Below are positions 28,388 to 39,719 of a stretch of DNA of 64,000 nucleotides, piece by piece. Made by a program: the position numbers and the translations under genes. The stretch lies in NCBI GenBank assembly GCA_964016885.1, contig OZ024755.1:19840001-19904000 (forward strand), in the 5' to 3' direction. Below the pieces are notes generated by a model. The model searched no databases, was not told the DNA's origin, and saw nothing but the letters and a program-made list of their open reading frames with translations. Source of the stretch: Eledone cirrhosa (lineage: Eukaryota). Numbering within the stretch: position 1 is the stretch's first letter; each line of letters begins with the position of its first letter.

Positions 28388-28420
28388 TAAATCTACCAAA
28401 ATATACGGTAGTGTCCAATC
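28317..28420. repeat. Perfect palindrome centred on a (TA)n tract
   Basis: GATTGGACACTACCGTATATTTTGGTAGATTTATCTAA-(TA)n-TTAGATAAATCTACCAAAATATACGGTAGTGTCCAATC. Confidence 0.95.
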
Positions 28421-28512
28421 CGTATGAAGAACTCAATGTAATCCAAATATCATGAAAAGAGAAGATGTATTCAACATTTTTTCGATGAAAAAGACAGGAA
28501 AACAGAGTTAAG

Positions 28513-28772
28513 ATAAATTAATAAAAATAATGAATAAAAACAAAGAAACAGTTCCTTATATTAAAAAAATTCATCATTTTACGATCGTTTCTAGGATATA
28601 TATGTGTGTGTGTTGGTATGTATATCATATAGATCTATGTAAAAATTTTACAAACTATCAGAGGGAATATACATACCTACACATATATATCCTAGAAACG
28701 ATCGTAAAATGATGAATTTTTTAATATAAGGAACTGTTTCTTTGTTTTTATTCATTATTTTTATTAATTTAT
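28513..28772. mobile_element. Fold-back element with half hammerhead (GAAAC-GATC-GTA)
   Basis: About 90-bp near-identical inverted arms, an imperfect central hairpin, and a right arm ending in (TA)n. Confidence 0.75.
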
Positions 28773-28895
28773 ATATATATATATATATATATCTCCAGGG
28801 AGTGTAACTTGGAGTTACTGTAGGTTCACCTGGGTGAGCACTCGATGTTTAGGTTCACTTCAGTGTCAAGGTGTAGAGTTAGACAGAGTGTATTA

Positions 28896-29159
28896 TAGTG
28901 AAGTAAGTTAACAAGGGCGATTGCTTACTCCTTCATTACGTTTATTGGTTAGTGACGCGCGTTTCGCCACTGAGCAGCTCAAGGTTCGATCTGACCCGAC
29001 TCTGTAATCCATTGAAAGGGTTCTGATGAGCCGCGGATTACAGAGTTGGGTCACACCGATACAGATCGAACCTTGAGCTGATCAGTGGCGAAACGCGCAT
29101 CACCAGCCAATAAACGTAATGAAGGAGTAACCAATCGACCTTGTTATTTTATTTCACTA
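28896..29159. mobile_element. Inverted-repeat element containing a hammerhead
   Basis: Left arm 28896-29010 is the reverse complement of 29035-29159 apart from a short indel and several substitutions. Confidence 0.8.
29018..29104 (+). ncRNA. Type I hammerhead motif with extended stem II
   Basis: CTGATGA-GCCGC...GTGGC-GAAAC-GCGC-ATC; the inverted arm keeps the canonical GAAAC-GCGC-GTC. Stem I is weak. Confidence 0.7.
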
Positions 29160-29170
29160 CACACACACAT

Positions 29171-29503
<333 letters not shown>

Positions 29504-30239
29504 ATAACTACTGCTAGTTGATTTTGTAGGTCTGCTGAAATTTTAATGGAAACAGCTGTACATATACGTCATGTAGGTTAAACAAAAATCTCGGAGATGG
29601 TGTCTCTGTGGAAGAGAAAATAATTTTTTGTTTCTTCTACCGTTATTGATGCTTTCGACTTTGCAATTAAGACTTTCATTTTACTTGGTGTCTTCCTGAA
29701 CAAAGAAGAAATATATTTAGATACAGTACTTTGAACCTGATCATAAGATCAACAGTTCTGATGTCAAATTATATGGAAGAGACAATATAACATATATTCG
29801 AAAGACTGTTGCTACAGCTAACGCGAAGAAAAGACAATACAGACAGCTTCAAACGTATTACTATCGTTATCAACAAGCAAGCAAGCAACTCTACACATTA
29901 AAATATCCGTTTGTAGTTAATCACTGACTTCCTAACTACGAGTTTTTTGTGTTTATAGATTTAAGACAAGACAAAGAACAAACTGGTTGTGGCCACGAGA
30001 TGTTGTAATATCATTATCCCTGAATCTGGAAATGTCATCTGGGGGTTAGCATGTTGGACTCAGGATCATAATGTCACGGATTCAATTTCGTTGAAGCTAT
30101 TAGAACGGGGATTCTACTGAGACATAATACCACATATGCGATATAAGATAACCTGTAGGTTCTATCACAAAGCAATTGTAACCTAAGCAGACATGAAAGA
30201 ACAGCCAAACTCCCACTGTCATCGGCTCCATCTCTCTGT

Positions 30240-30397
30240 ATGGTGAGCAAATTGGGTCCCACGTGCTGGCCTCCCCACAGCCCCGGCGGACAGAATGGAG
30301 AAGGCGTTTCCCCGGAGGTTGGTAAGGGAGATGCGCTGGAAGAGGCATTCTAACTCGCGATGCTCACACCTGCGGTTGGCCAGCTCAGCGCCTTAAG
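30240..30397 (-). mobile_element. CRE-clade non-LTR retrotransposon 3' fragment
   Basis: Minus strand translates GAELANRRCEHRELECLFQRISLTNLRGNAFSILSAG, matching the L.QR.S....RGNA..I motif that ends CRE ORFs; homolog at 49196. Confidence 0.75.
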
Positions 30398-30785
30398 GTG
30401 TACACAATTTATATTTGAAATATATAGTACAATAAAAGTTATAATAGACACCACAAATCAAATGCAGTGAAATAAAATAAATTGAAATAAAATAAAAAAA
30501 GGAAATCCACAAAACACAAATGAATATATAAGAACAAAGTGCAGGTGTTACAGAAGATATTTATTGCTCAATCCTGGTAACAAATGTTTGAGCAATAAAT
30601 CTCTTATGCAACACCACTTTGTTATTATATAAACTCTGTTCTGCATCGTGTGCTGACTTTGGAACTCTCACCAATTTTCTTCGGATTTACTGCGCCCTCT
30701 GCCCCCCCCCCCCCTATATATATATATATATATATATATAATATGGAAAACGAAGAATCAGTGATGCATCGAAACACAATTTATT

Positions 30786-30878
30786 ACTTATTACAATTGT
30801 TTCTCCGGCGAACAGCTCAAGGTGCGATCTGTTTGTGGATCAAACCTGACTCTGGATTCGCAAGTTCCTCAGATACGT
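30786..30878 (-). ncRNA. Type I hammerhead motif with extended stem II
   Basis: Minus strand ACGTAT-CTGAGGA-...GCGAA...TTCGC...-GAAAC-AATT-GTA-ATAAGT; lies in a ~280-bp segment bounded by (TA)n on both sides. Confidence 0.7.
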
Positions 30879-31005
30879 CCAGTGATTTCGAAGCAAATCC
30901 TCTTTCTCTTTCTGATTCTTCGTTTTCCATATTATACTCTGCTCCGAAGCAGCATAGAATGCTCAACTGGCATACCGCCTATGGATGCATACAAGCAACC
31001 TTACT

Positions 31006-31043
<38 letters not shown>

Positions 31044-31047
<4 letters not shown>

Positions 31048-31388
31048 ATAATAATAAATTTGAAGACTAAAATCCAAAGAGGGCTCGATAAGGATAAATA
31101 TATAAGAGAACATTAGTCTACGACCTCTATTATACCATAAACGTGGTTCTGTCTTTGCGCGTAATTGTTTTTCACCGCTCCTATTAATGACGTATTATAT
31201 TCGTTTTTTCCCGTTCTTTGCCAGCGAACGTTTCCACGAACCAAAGTATCGTCTTCCTGTCTTCCTCCGGTTGCAACGTTTTTTGAAATATCCAGTTCTG
31301 CGTTTACAGATTGACTTTGTTAGTTTCAGAAGATCCCGTTAAGGGTGAAAGCAGCGATTCTTTGCTTAAACTTTAATCTGTTATTTTA

Positions 31389-31393
<5 letters not shown>
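31044..31393 (+). mobile_element. ~350-bp (TA)n-bounded element with a 3' hammerhead-like motif (family D)
   Basis: Both ends recur, joined together, at 55366-55440. Confidence 0.7.
31322..31372 (+). ncRNA. Hammerhead-like motif with one core substitution
   Basis: AGTTT-CAGAAGA-T-CCC-gttaa-GGG-T-GAA-AGCAG...TTGCT-T-AAACT: all three helices form; the core is CAGAAGA rather than CUGAAGA. Confidence 0.55.
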
Positions 31394-31421
<28 letters not shown>

Positions 31422-32246
31422 CTCTCTCGGCACAGAGTTTGATTTTAAAGATAAGGAATTCATATACAGATACATATATGTATTTCTAAAATAGGAAAAC
31501 GACAAAGGGATACATATAAAGACAAAAACATGAAAAGGTGATTTTTATACACGCAAGGAAAAACAGAAAACAACACCGTAAAGTAAGTTTTAATGTATCT
31601 ATATTAAGACAAAGTTATCCTTATTTTTAAACTGTGCATTTTTATGAAGGTCTGCCCTCTAGAAGCATGGTATACTAGTTCGTGGGAATATATGTAGAGA
31701 TATTTGCGAGTGTGCGAGGTTATATTTTGACATAAGAAATTTGTCTATATATTCTGTAGTTTTACATATAAAGCTATCCATCCACCCCTATATATATATA
31801 TACATATATAATATTATATTATCGATCTGTACCTAAATATACTCCTTCTGTATATACACAGAGAACGTTGCTGAAGTTTTACTGAAAAAAATGTTTTCAT
31901 GATATTTGAAACAGATATATTTCGGTAACCAATATATATATATATGTTTTAAAAGTCAATCTATATATATCGTTCGGTTATTATTTAATCAATTCTCTAT
32001 ATACAATCGCCGGCGTATCGCTTGAATGCTAAACTAACGGTTTCTTAAACAATGTTCACCAATGTATAGAAATTAGAAGCCTAAACAATATCAGTATGGA
32101 CATAGTCGGTGATGTTAAAGTTGAATTTGTGTTTAGCAGACCAAAATGCAGTTGAACCTAATTTTCGTTTATTCATCCACTCATAGAAAAGAAATTAAAA
32201 TTAAGAAAAAAAAAATGAATAGCATACACATGGGGGTTTTATACAT

Positions 32247-32289
<43 letters not shown>

Positions 32290-32292
<3 letters not shown>

Positions 32293-32409
32293 AAAAGAAA
32301 TCGAAAATATAACTGGGGTCTTTATGAGAATATTTATTTATTTCCTTTACCGGTTTCACAGTTCTTACGCTTTTCAAAAGTAAAATTGAGATGGAGGGTT
32401 TGTGGTTTG
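32290..32409 (-). mobile_element. Repeat family C with decayed hammerhead (32342-32383)
   Basis: Minus strand TTACTT-TTGAAAA-GCG..TGT-GAAAC-CG-GTA-AAGGAA; homolog at 12435. Confidence 0.6.
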
Positions 32410-32410
32410 A

Positions 32411-32575
32411 ATATAAGGAAAAACGACGAAGTTTCGTTTACACGAATTTGCTTTTCACGTGTAGCAAACTTATGCGTGTTTCGCAGATGTTTCATCCACA
32501 GTCACCTATAAAAGGTATGGACCCGACTCCGCCACCAATCTTCTTATCAGACTGGTGATTCAACAATAAAAAACA
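32411..32575 (+). mobile_element. Interspersed repeat family E
   Basis: Diverged reverse-complement homolog at 50017-50172 (AAAAACGA.GAAGTTTCGTT.ACA...GTCACCTAT.AAAG.TAT...GACTCC...AATCT.CTT.TCA.ACT.GGTGATTCAA). Confidence 0.65.
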
Positions 32576-32633
32576 TGAACTGTAATTCACTGAAGAGCCT
32601 GCACTATATATATATATAATGTTTATTTTCATT

Positions 32634-32762
32634 TTGGCTCTGAAGATGAGGTCATTTCTTAGTTCAGTTTTATTATCATCTGTTCTTATCGATTATATAA
32701 TCGATAATTTTCATTTTTATGAACTGAATTTTTATATGATTTCTGAAGCAATTGTAAACCAA
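32634..32762 (+). ncRNA. Hammerhead-like motif with a ~100-nt stem II
   Basis: TTGGCT-CTGAAGA-T-GAGGTCAT..TAGTTCA..[palindrome TTATCGATTATATAATCGATAA]..TGAACTG..ATGATTTC-T-GAAG-C-AATT-GTA-AACCAA; GAAG in place of GAAA. Confidence 0.6.
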
Positions 32763-32804
32763 TAAATATATTTGTTCAAGAATTTGGTATTGTATTCTCT
32801 AACA

Positions 32805-32841
<37 letters not shown>

Positions 32842-32845
32842 ACAT

Positions 32846-32909
32846 CTCTGTCTGATGAACGATCTAGACATTAATATTGTCTATGGTCCTGAAACCTTTG
32901 GTAATGGAG
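32846..32909 (+). ncRNA. Type I hammerhead motif
   Basis: CTCTGT-CTGATGA-AC-GATC-TAGACA-loop-TGTCTA-T-GGTC-CT-GAAAC-CTTTG-GTA-ATGGAG; intact core; a ~100-bp insert between two (TA)n tracts. Confidence 0.75.
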
Positions 32910-33419
32910 TAGTTATATATTGTGCTGTTCACTTTCTAATTAATATATATATATATATATATATATTCGCATGTTATTTTTTTATATTCATAACCATAAA
33001 GATAATATAATTCGACACACAACGCGACTGTATTTTAATGTTTAGATATCTGCATGTATTTGTTGTATGTGCAAATAAACTAATAAGCCTTTATATAATT
33101 TAAACTCTTCTTGTCTTTTAATATCATGTCGTTCGTGTCATATTTTGAAGAAGAAAACGTCAACGTTGTTGTTTGTTATTGACAGTGTCAAGAATGATTT
33201 TTATTAAATAAGTGATTTAGCTTCCGAGGAGTTCTTTTGCTTTAAATTACATTGAACGTGTTACTATTTATTATTCATCAACTTCATTTGATTTGCTAAT
33301 GGAGAGGTAAACATATTATGAATAGGGTTAAATAAATGAAGGACCTAATTATATTCTTATAGCGTGTTTACTTCTGCGTAAAATTTCTCCTTGACTCTTG
33401 AATTCATTATCCTATAATG

Positions 33420-33899
33420 AACATATTCATGTATATATTTATGTATATATTTATGTATAGATTTATGTATAGATTTATGTAGATATTTATGTAGATATTT
33501 ATGTACATATTTCTGTACATATTTCTGTACATATTTCTGTACATATTTCTGTACATATTTCTGTACATATTTCTGTACATATTTCTGTACATATTTCTGT
33601 ACATATTTCTGTACATATTTCTGTACATATTTATGTAGATATTTATGTAGATATTTATGTAGATATTTATGTAGATATTTATGTAGATATTTCTGTACAT
33701 ATTTCTGTACATATTTCTGTACATATTTCTGTACATATTTCTGTACATATTTCTGTATATATTTCTGTATATATTTCTGTATATATTTCTGTATATATTT
33801 CTGTATATATTTCTGTATATATTTCTGTATATATTTCTGTACATATTTCTGTACATATTTCTGTACATATTTCTGTATATATTTCTGTATATATTTCTG
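33420..33899. repeat. 12-bp minisatellite TA(C/T/G)ATATTT(C/A)TG
   Basis: About 40 tandem units; accounts for the ORF (YRNM)n. Confidence 0.97.
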
Positions 33900-34312
33900 G
33901 TAACGAACATTTCGCTTCTGATATTCATAGCATTACAGAACGTTATTTTGAAATGTATCATAGAAATAAATTATCGAATCATAAGTGTTCTTGTTTATTG
34001 ATTTGTATCTGTTCTATTTCTGAAATTCGATCAAGCAAAAGCCTGCAAAGATCTACACACCACCTAACCTGCACGTAAATACTTAAGGACAGTGTTGCTT
34101 CTATTAATAGAATTCTCGATAAGAATATCAGTAATTCTCATAAAAGAAGAGGAAACACTTGCCAGTGTGTATTTCCTATGGCAATAATAGTTATGCAATA
34201 GACATGCAATACAAAAAGATAAGAAAACACTAACACAACACATTCACATATATATCTATATATAAATATATACATGTGTATATATATATATATCTATATA
34301 TAAATATATAAA

Positions 34313-34360
<48 letters not shown>

Positions 34361-34779
34361 CCTATTTATATAAGAAGCTATTTAAAGCACTTATAAGAGA
34401 TTATACATTCTGCAATGTAAATTAAAATATATCCTTCTTAGTTGAGAGAATTTGAAGAAATAATATGGGTTAGATTCCTCTGGTGGGTAGATTTCCTGAG
34501 CAAGTTCCACACACTTAAAATATCAATATTATATTTAACATGCTAGTTTTACAACTAGATCATGTAAATAAGCTTTAACGACTATACAGAGAATATGTAT
34601 ATGTTTGTGTGTATACACAATACTTTAACTTTATTTATGTATAAAGTTATATGTGGATAGAATCTTGTGGATGAGCACAACGTTGTTATGGCTTTTGAAT
34701 TATGTGTGCAAAAAAAATTTGTAAAAAAATGACAATCACATTTCCATACTTCACTACCACTATATGTCTACCTGTCTTC

Positions 34780-35010
34780 TTATCTATTCATCAGTATCTG
34801 TTGAACTATCTATCCATCAGTATCTTGCGAACTAACTGTCTATCCATCTGTATTTGTCGAACTATCTATCTATCCATCTGTATCACTTGAACTATCCACC
34901 TATCTACCAATAACTTGCGAAATATCTATCTATCCATCTGTATCTGTTGAAATATCTATCTATCTATCGAACTAACTGTCTATCCATCTGTATTTGTTGA
35001 ACTATCTATT
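34780..35010. repeat. Degenerate (TATC)n-derived minisatellite
   Basis: Repeated GAACTATCTATCTATCCATCTGTAT units. Confidence 0.8.
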
Positions 35011-35265
35011 TACTTGTACATGTGTATTTGCAAATTTAAAAATCTAATGAAAAATAATATTGTAAAAGGAAAAAAAATTAATATATTCATATAAATGACA
35101 CACACGTCTGAATGTGAAGATCAGGTATTTCCATAATGGTTTCATTCGTAATTTGTACTCTGTTCTATGGAAATAGTGCAGCACAGATTGTTTTAATATT
35201 TATTTCACAATTACCTACACGAAAACATATATAAATGCACCAGAATGGACACAAACACACACACC

Positions 35266-35513
35266 TTAATAGAACAGTAAAAATATATAAAACATTCCAA
35301 AAAATCTGCATCTAATAACTGATTATACACTTGTACAGATACAAAGCATATGCACATGCACACATACAACTCAAAACATACAATAACATCCACACATGCA
35401 TATATATCTACCTAGTTGATGTTGTGTAAATTCCAATGACAGAGTCTTGTATCTATGTATGAAACCGATTCCTCCGCCATTGGCAAAAATTTGTGAATTA
35501 TAAAACCAGAACA
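35266..35513 (+). mobile_element. R4/Dong-like LINE 3' end (short copy)
   Basis: Homologous to the reverse complement of 47915-48185; ends AAAACCAGAA followed by (CATA)n. Confidence 0.75.
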
Positions 35514-36025
35514 CATACGTACATACATACATACGAATTAACGGGCCAACATTGTGTGCTTGAGCTTAAATTTGTAAACGAAATTATAGCTATGTTTTAT
35601 AAATATATATACACGCGCGTTTTAAAATCACACGTTTTAAAAACGACAATGTTCTCGGTAATTCAGAATGTGTTAAAACCTCGACAGGAACCGCTTGCTT
35701 GCTCCTAGTTGCGCATGGCAAATTTTCTCGACAGGAAAATTATCTGAGTAGATCTGTATGATAAGGGAAGTGTGATATATTTATAGAACTGTGCTGTTAT
35801 GAATGACAATACACACACACACAAACGACAATAGAAATATGTCATATGTGAGTGACAAACAAACAGGTGGAGAAACAGCTCTTCTTTTATAATATAGATT
35901 TCAGCGGGAAGTTATAACTAAAACACGATACACAGGTTAGAATATGGTATATGTATATATGTATGTATATATGTATGTATATATGTATATATATATGTAT
36001 ATATGTATGTATATATGTATATATG

Positions 36026-36068
<43 letters not shown>

Positions 36069-36285
36069 CGAATAAAAAGCAAGCAAACCAATTAAGAGGA
36101 GATATAAGTGATTAGTTATGCGGATTACGAGCTCACCTATGTGCATATCCTGAAGTTAGTATTTGAAACAAATTGTCAGCCATTAAAAATATATGTATTC
36201 ATAAATCATTGTTCTTCTCTCCAGCATTTTATATATATAAATATATATATATAAATGAATATATATATATATATATAAATATATA

Positions 36286-36447
36286 ATTATGTAATAAACA
36301 ACAAAATACAATTATTCCATTTACCAAAGGTTTCACGAAGACAGGCGAGCTCAACGGAGACGTCTGAATACATCTCTGTTGAGCTCGCCTGTCTTCGTGA
36401 AACCTTTGGTAAATGGTATAATTATATTGTGTTGTTTATTATATAAT
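36286..36447. mobile_element. Fold-back element with half hammerhead (GAAAC-CTTTG-GTA)
   Basis: Inverted arms of about 75 bp around the loop CTGAAT; G.T/mismatch positions near the centre; left end in (TA)n. Confidence 0.8.
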
Positions 36448-36503
36448 GCTCTGTAGCATAGATCACTCTCCCTTCTTTTAACCCTTTCTACGAAACTACT
36501 TCT

Positions 36504-36536
<33 letters not shown>

Positions 36537-36609
36537 CAAGGAAATGACAAAAGAGCGGTACAAAATGTGTTATTAGTTGCACATTTTAAATGGAGAAGGG
36601 AAAAGAAAA

Positions 36610-36643
36610 TTCGATGGGTCGGGCTTTAGCCCTTCTTCAGGAG
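36610..36643 (-). ncRNA. Decayed minimal hammerhead
   Basis: Minus strand CTC-CTGAAGA-A-GGGC-taaa-GCCC-GACCC-ATC-GAA; the GAAA box is mutated. Confidence 0.4.
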
Positions 36644-37278
36644 TAAAAAGATTGAGACAGGATCACAAGGCTTAAATACAGAAAATAAAAGTTGGTCCAA
36701 TGTATCTACACAAGCCGTCATTAGACGTTGCTGGCAACTTTTAATATAAAATTCGAGGTGTTCAAAAACGTTTAATTTCATTATTGTTTTACTATTTTAT
36801 TTTCATTCTCAAAATCTCTGAACTCTAAAACGTAAAGATTTCCTTTCGTCCCCACCCCACGTCAATCATATCTGTATTTTATTATCAACAGATTCGCTAT
36901 TTCACTTCAGTAAGTTTTCCCCCATTCACACGTTTTAATTCTAACAATTGCTCTTATTCCGTAATTAGCACGTAGAATCGTTTCCACTAACTGTGAAGTA
37001 GAATTTTACTGTTTGTTCATTTGTATTCGACCCACATGCTATTCTTGTATTCAGTAGAACGAGAACAAATAGTAAATAACAATAAAAAACGTCAAGGAAC
37101 ATAAGCAAAATAGCATGACACGCAGCAGTCACAGGTTTCATTTATGTAAGTGTGTGTGTTTGCGTGTGTAGGTGTAGTGTAGTGTAGTGTAGTGTATGTA
37201 ACGTATGTATGTGTGCGTGTCAATATTTAGACATGCAAATGCTTTTCAGTTTACTTATATTTCTATTTTTGTATTAGA

Positions 37279-37411
<133 letters not shown>

Positions 37412-38182
37412 CACATATATATATATATACAAGAATATATATACATATATATACATAGAGAGAGAGAGAAAAAGAGACACACATACACACACAAATATAT
37501 ATATATATATATATACATATATACACACGAGATTATATAGGTTGGAAGATGCTGGGAGTTCAGGATTACGGTAAAACTAATTATGTATGTCTGTGTGTAT
37601 GTATGCATACATAAAAACGTTCATAGATGAATGCATACATCATGTACGTCAATTAAATGGTACATGATGCTAGTATCTAATTACAAACCGTTTTCTTTGA
37701 AAAAAAAACATAGAATGCTATGACAAAGAAGCAATCCTATTTTGACAATATCCACCAAAGACAAAGATACATCGCAACTTCATGCTTGCAAATATTATTT
37801 ACATCGTGTATGCTTCTTTTCTTAGTTTCTTTTATTTAATTATTTTCCTTAAAACAAAGCAAGTAGTTTACTGACGTTTCTAAGAGGTTATATCTACAAT
37901 GAAATATATAGCAAGTCTCATTACATCTAAAAATAATCGAGAAACATAAATGCGCAAACACAATGTGGTTGTGGTTATCGCAATGAAGAGAAGTACGATC
38001 CCCACTCGGCGATAAAAGAATGTGGATGATGAGTTATGCTAGAAGATAATTTTCGCTATTGGAATCAACAACACTGAAATCAAGTACGAAGATTCAATAT
38101 TTGAGGAAACACGTTTTAATTAATGTGATTACAAATTTTATAAGCTGGAATGTATGAAGTTTGTTTTATAAATATAACAAAG

Positions 38183-38372
38183 GAGACCCCAGCGGTAGAC
38201 CAGCAAGGTGGTAGGATAACATCCATGGGCTTGGCTAGTCACGCTTGGGGATCCAGCCGGGTCAGTTGGAGACGGTTGCCTATGACAGTACCCGCTAGAG
38301 GGAGTGTTTGAGGACCCTGCCCATGACTCTTTTAGGAATAAGTGAGCGAAGAAAAGAGGAAGAAAAAGAACA
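38183..38372 (+). mobile_element. RTE-clade (Expander/Rex3-like) LINE 3' end
   Basis: PSGRPARW*DNIHGLG*SRLGIQPGQLETVAYDSTR*RECLRTLP followed by a GAA-rich tail. Confidence 0.7.
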
Positions 38373-38844
38373 AAGTTTCTGCTATAAAGATCTTTAACAA
38401 GATATGAGTAAATAGGTAATAGAATAAGCTATTATTATACTATAAAGTCGCCGGAACAAAACTGAAACATTAAAATTAATTAAATATCCTACTATAAACT
38501 AGATTATCAATCATTTAGCAACTGGAATTACCATCCCTAATTGCACAAGCATGATATTTCCAGTTGATATATCATGAAACATGCACATAATTAAAATGAG
38601 TGAGTGTGTAAGCATCTGAGGCTGTGATACAATGTTGGAAATATAGTTAACGGAGGCAACTGCCTGTTTGTAATGAAAGGCTGTAATTGACAAGAATGTT
38701 CTTAATATAAATACATGGTATGACATAGACCAGAGAGAAAGCAAAGGTAAAATAAACCCATGCTAAAGGAATGTGTACTGAAAAACGGTGTCCTGCATCG
38801 TTTTTGCCTATAAACAAAATAACCATATTATTGGTTATTCAAGA

Positions 38845-39012
38845 GGTAGAGGGTTGGACGTCATGCTTTCTAGCATAGTTACGTCCCTTTATGGTCTGAG
38901 TTCAAATCCCGTCGAGGTTAACTTTACCTTTCATCCTTACGGGGTCGATAAAATAAAGTACCAGTAATGTACAGGGTAATTGCTGGCCTTGTGCCTAAAG
39001 TAGAAACAATTA
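38845..39012 (+). mobile_element. SINE family S1 (5'-truncated)
   Basis: TSD TTATTGGTTATTCAAGAG on both flanks. Confidence 0.9.
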
Positions 39013-39524
39013 TTGGTTATTCAAGAGAACAGACAAAGTCCATGAAAGCTTTCATGGTTTCCAAAATTAGAGGGCGAGAGGAAGAAATCCTCAAACTGGA
39101 TACCAGGCCTAGATGTTTTTAACATAGACTCCACACATACAAAAAGCCCCCCCCCCCCACACAAAACTATTTAGAGTCTTTGAATCGTACTACGTTTGCT
39201 CATTGGAAACATCTGAAATTGATTCAAACAATAATAGGAAGTCAGTTGATTGAGTTAGTTTACTGGAGTTCGTTGAAAAATAACGTTTGCTCAATGTGTT
39301 ACATACAGAACTTAGTAGTGGTTCAATTCACAGGACATTGAAATCGATGTTCAAACAAATATGTAATTAATGGTAAACAACTGAAATGACTCCTGTACAT
39401 ACTATGTGAAAAGTCATGGTAATCAATCACTCTTATTGCTATTGATAGAATGATGATCTCAAATGTGAGTCTACGGAGATGAAGACCTGACGGGTCATTA
39501 AACTAAACAAGTCTCATCAACATA

Positions 39525-39719
39525 CGTGGGTTGGCTGAAAGGTTCATAGGCTGACTATGAAGGAGTGATGCTAGAGCAGTGAAAATCTGCATGCATTACT
39601 TTCAACTCTGATTAATACTTCCATTGTTTCTTTACAGGGATTATGTTAAAAAATAAACTTCATTTGGTTATTCCATAAGAGTATCTTGGTCATACTATGA
39701 ACCTTTCGGTCGATCTTCA
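39525..39719. mobile_element. Tc1/mariner MITE
   Basis: TA|CGTGGGTTGGCTGAAAGGTTCATAG...CTATGAACCTTTCGGTCGATCTTCA|TA; homolog at 52999. Confidence 0.8.

Noticed and set aside
28970-29010. GGTTCGATC B-box/tRNA-like reading of the stem II insert on the opposite strand
   Set aside because: No upstream A box or tRNA arm order, and the homolog at 30821 has GGTGCGATC.
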